In this document: positions 31,766 to 34,027 of the stretch, one piece after another
How the letters are laid out: the number at the start of each line of letters is the position of its first letter
How positions within the stretch are numbered: the stretch's first letter is position 1
Source: Acidimicrobiales bacterium
Lineage (GTDB): Bacteria; Actinomycetota; Acidimicrobiia; Acidimicrobiales; CADCTF01
Direction of reading: 5' to 3'
DNA: 34,027 nucleotides
Assembly (NCBI GenBank): GCA_046596935.1
Contig: JBKJLN010000350.1
Span: 1-34,027 of the forward strand
The notes under the pieces: generated by a model
The model's database searches: none
Told to the model about the DNA's origin: nothing
The model's input: only the letters and a program-made list of their open reading frames with translations
Translations under genes and position numbers: made by a program

Positions 31766-32455
31766 CTACGTCCCAGGCTTCAATCGCGCCCAGGCGTACT
31801 GATTGAGCCGTCCGATCGAAAGTCGGACTGCGCTCGGGTCACCGCCCTTGTTGAACGGTGTCTCGTAGATCTCCTGGCCAGGATTACCACCCCACTTGGA
31901 GTGGTAGTAGCTCAGGTTCTGCGGGAATGTGGTCCCGTTCTGGCTCATATACAGCGGGTGACCACGGATGGTCGCGCTGCCTTCATGTTCGAGATGCCCT
32001 TCGACTTCCACGAGAGGCACGCCCACGAGCTTGGCCCGCCAAGTCATGTCGTTGTCCTCACAGTAGCCAGGATGAAGGTTCCCATCGAAGAAGCCGGTCT
32101 TCTCCAGCGCCGCCTGGTTGATGGCAAAGGCGGCGAAGCCAAGCAGCATCGCGATCTTTGCTTCTTCATCATCCATGACGGAACTGAGACGAGCAAGGTC
32201 CCCAGGTCCGAATGCCACGTCGTCGTTGACGATCAGCCACCACGGTGCTCGCGGCGTCAACTGGAACACGAGGTTCCAGCTCGCTCCAACGCCGATGTTG
32301 TGCGGCAGGTGAACGACATGGGCCGGGAAGTCTTCAGGGACTCGCCCTCCGTTGTCGATGACCAGAAGCGTCTGCACCTCCTCGTCGATCGAACCGATCA
32401 TCCGAGTCAGCAGATCCGTTCGGTACAGCGTCGGTGCGGCGAGGACTGGGATCAA
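31766..32455 (-). CDS. GT2-like (GT-A fold) glycosyltransferase
   Basis: TTG 32455 overlaps the upstream stop (TTGA). LIPVLAAPTLYR...LLVIDNGG...NIGVGASWN...LIVNDDV...GFAAFAI...GFFD....GYCEDNDMTWR matches rhamnosyltransferase-like GT2 patterns. The track ORF start at 32668 is an upstream off-gene extension. Confidence 0.75.
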   Translation of the reverse strand: MIPVLAAPTLYRTDLLTRMIGSIDEEVQTLLVIDNGGRVPEDFPAHVVHLPHNIGVGASWNLVFQLTPRAPWWLIVNDDVAFGPGDLARLSSVMDDEEAKIAMLLGFAAFAINQAALEKTGFFDGNLHPGYCEDNDMTWRAKLVGVPLVEVEGHLEHEGSATIRGHPLYMSQNGTTFPQNLSYYHSKWGGNPGQEIYETPFNKGGDPSAVRLSIGRLNQYAWARLKPGT

Positions 32456-33066
32456 CGGGGATTGGGGAAGTAGTAGTGGACGATCCGGTCGAGGAAGGCG
32501 AACTTCACTCCGTCCGCGATCATTCTCGTCCACAGATCGGCGTCTTCGGGCAGACCTCGCTCGATGCAAGTTGGGTCGTAGCGATAGCCCATGCCGTTGC
32601 GATAGACATACGAGCCATCGGTGAAGTTCATGGCTGATGGAGGCCATCGGCCGTAGACCTGAGCCCACGGCGTGATCGCCTTGCCGTAGACGAAGTCAGC
32701 TCCCGTCTTGACGGCTTCGGCCAGCAGAGCTTCGATCGTGAACGGAGCCCACGAGTCATCGTCTGCGAGGACTGCGATCCAGTCACCCTTGGCCGTATCG
32801 AGGCCATGGTTCAGAGCGTTGAGTCCGAGCACGCCCCACTTGTCATTCGGGTTCTCGGGGTAGACCTGATGCGGCAGGTTCGTGAATCGAACTCGTGGGT
32901 CCGGGAAGTCGGCCAGAGCATCGACTGTCTCCTGCTCGGTCCCATCACCCACGATGTGGATGTCCAGCTCGTCGTGAGTCTGCTCCAGGATCGTTGGAAC
33001 ACAGCGGTCGAGAAGGAGACGGGTCCTGTTGAAAGTCGGGACGATGACCGAGACAAGACCAGTCAC
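32452..33066 (-). CDS. GT2-family (GT-A fold) glycosyltransferase
   Basis: GTG 33066 preceded by TAAGGAGAA. VSVIVPTFNR hallmark and a DDD (DxD) motif in IAVLADDDSW. 204 aa with no TM segment. Confidence 0.85.
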   Translation of the reverse strand: MTGLVSVIVPTFNRTRLLLDRCVPTILEQTHDELDIHIVGDGTEQETVDALADFPDPRVRFTNLPHQVYPENPNDKWGVLGLNALNHGLDTAKGDWIAVLADDDSWAPFTIEALLAEAVKTGADFVYGKAITPWAQVYGRWPPSAMNFTDGSYVYRNGMGYRYDPTCIERGLPEDADLWTRMIADGVKFAFLDRIVHYYFPNPR

Positions 33067-33074
33067 GATTCTCC

Positions 33075-34027
33075 TTACTTCAGGAGGAGATCAGGATCGA
33101 TCTCCATCAACAGGATGGCCCGGTTCGCTTTGGTGACCGGATCAAGATCCAGGACTGACCACTCGTTGGGTACATCATCATCGATGAAGCCCATCGTTCG
33201 CCAGCCACTTTGCACCTCTTGCGTTGCAGTCGTCGCAACTCGCCAGCGGACGTCGAGGATCGCTTCGACGACCGTGAGGACTGACCACTCCACATGGAGG
33301 GTGATCTCGACCGGCCGCAGCGGCGGACGCAGCCTTCCTTGTCCACCACCACCGAATGTCGGAGTTGCCCCGGTGGCAATGAGGATGGTCGTGTCGTATG
33401 CCGACCCTGTTCCGCTTGCGACCTGGGCATTGACCGCAACATGAGTGGCGACGTTGGCGGCTGAGCCGGACCCGGTTGCGGCTCCAGGGTTGGCGGCCCC
33501 GGTTCCTTGAGTGACGGCCGTGGCGTTGTAAGCCGATCCGGTCCCGAGCGCTCCGGCGTTCGGCGCGACGCTGGCACTGGGATTGGCAAAGTTGCCAGAG
33601 CCAGTGGCAACTCCAGAAACCGCATCGATGGCAGGAACGCCAGTCGCGTTCCCAGCCGCTCCTGTCCCAGCCGAGACGTCGGCATTGACCGTGACCGCGA
33701 GACTCGGACCATACGCCGTCCCGGTCCCTGTCGCCGTGTCGGCGGGAGCGTCGTCGGTCGTCGAGATCGTCGTGTTTCCGGCCGAGCCGGTGCCTGACCC
33801 GGCACTCGCATTCGGGGCGATGCTTGCGCTGGCACTGAAGGAGGTTCCGGTTCCAGTTGCCGTCCCAGCGTTGACGTTGGTTGCGGCACTGGTCGTGACA
33901 CTGGCGTTGTACGCAGCGCCGGTTCCAGTGGCGACCCCAGCGGTGGCAGCAACCGATCCCGCGAGGGGGCTCGCTGATCCAGTACCGCTGCTCGTTCCAG
34001 CCGAGGTCGCCAGGCTGATGGTCGCAC
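33075..34027 (-). CDS. partial (C-terminal 316 aa) Ala/Gly/Thr-repeat fibre-like protein; continues beyond the window
   Basis: Hand translation of the frame ending at TAA 33077-33075 is open all the way to the window edge (951 nt in phase from 34025). It gives ...VATGTGAAYNASVTTSAATNVNAGTATGTGTSFSAS...GTGSAYDTTILIATG...EITLHVEWSVLTVVEAILDVRW...LLK. The track reports only its last 72 aa because the frame has no ATG/GTG/TTG upstream. Confidence 0.65.
   Translation of the reverse strand, partial: ATISLATSAGTSSGTGSASPLAGSVAATAGVATGTGAAYNASVTTSAATNVNAGTATGTGTSFSASASIAPNASAGSGTGSAGNTTISTTDDAPADTATGTGTAYGPSLAVTVNADVSAGTGAAGNATGVPAIDAVSGVATGSGNFANPSASVAPNAGALGTGSAYNATAVTQGTGAANPGAATGSGSAANVATHVAVNAQVASGTGSAYDTTILIATGATPTFGGGGQGRLRPPLRPVEITLHVEWSVLTVVEAILDVRWRVATTATQEVQSGWRTMGFIDDDVPNEWSVLDLDPVTKANRAILLMEIDPDLLLK
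33390..34027 (-). repeat. tandem ~20-aa (A/G)TG(T/S)G-type coding repeats, same type as 12725..13320
   Basis: At least ten G(T/S)G(T/S/A)(A/G) cores at roughly 20-aa spacing in the hand translation. Confidence 0.7.

Noticed and set aside
29491-33066. Glycosyltransferases as a prophage seroconversion (gtr-like) or O-antigen modification module
   Set aside because: Treated only as an alternative. There is no GtrA flippase and no membrane-embedded GT, the genes are not near an integrase/att site, and they lie inside the late structural operon. Not fully excluded without experiments.
33107-34027. 306-aa minus-strand track ORF (MRPSAWRPRLERAAVL...)
   Set aside because: Its Arg/Pro/Ser-rich composition is typical of an off-frame read through GC-rich coding DNA. 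The alternative frame gives a coherent repeat protein that ends in a well-placed stop just before the next RBS.

Overview
This window reads as most of a high-GC (roughly 60%) siphovirus-type phage or prophage genome. The host is probably actinobacterial-like: strong GGAGG ribosome-binding sites, many GTG/TTG starts, and pervasive 1- or 4-nt stop/start overlaps (ATGA, GTGA, TGATG, TTGA). Two convergent transcription blocks meet in a hairpin-rich zone at 6214-6415.

(1) Plus strand, 74-6213: about 18 small early/DNA-metabolism genes. They include a secreted RlpA-like DPBB protein, three HNH-type nucleases, a RusA resolvase, a SLOG/DprA-like protein and a Cys-rich HTH protein.

(2) Minus strand, 34027 down to 6416: the late block. 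In transcription order it holds:
- a partial Ala/Gly/Thr-repeat fibre-like protein whose true frame the ORF track misses
- two GT2 glycosyltransferases
- three small proteins, one Ig-like and one Thr-rich
- a structured intergenic region with a promoter-like element
- a GT4 glycosyltransferase
- a prohead protease-scaffold fusion and an HK97-fold major capsid protein
- connector/neck proteins and the major tail protein
- G/G-T tail chaperones with a canonical G_GGA_AAC -1 slippery site
- a 2368-aa tape measure protein
- a protein built from three tandem C1q/TNF-like repeats
- a 1355-aa multi-module fibre and a 517-aa paralogous tail protein
- a lysis cassette: Cys-peptidase-like lysin, 50-aa charged protein, 4-TM holin-like protein, unlisted 56-aa zinc ribbon

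Two paralogous HNH homing-endonuclease genes sit on the opposite strand inside the structural operon.

Most interesting candidates:
- the three-glycosyltransferase cassette embedded in the head-morphogenesis module, next to repeat-fibre and Thr-rich proteins (possible virion glycosylation system)
- the single-chain triple C1q-like tail protein
- the antisense HNH insertions
- a low-GC extra gene between the tail tube and chaperone genes

No tRNA, rRNA, CRISPR array, integrase or repressor was seen. All family assignments rest on motif recognition by eye; no database search was run.
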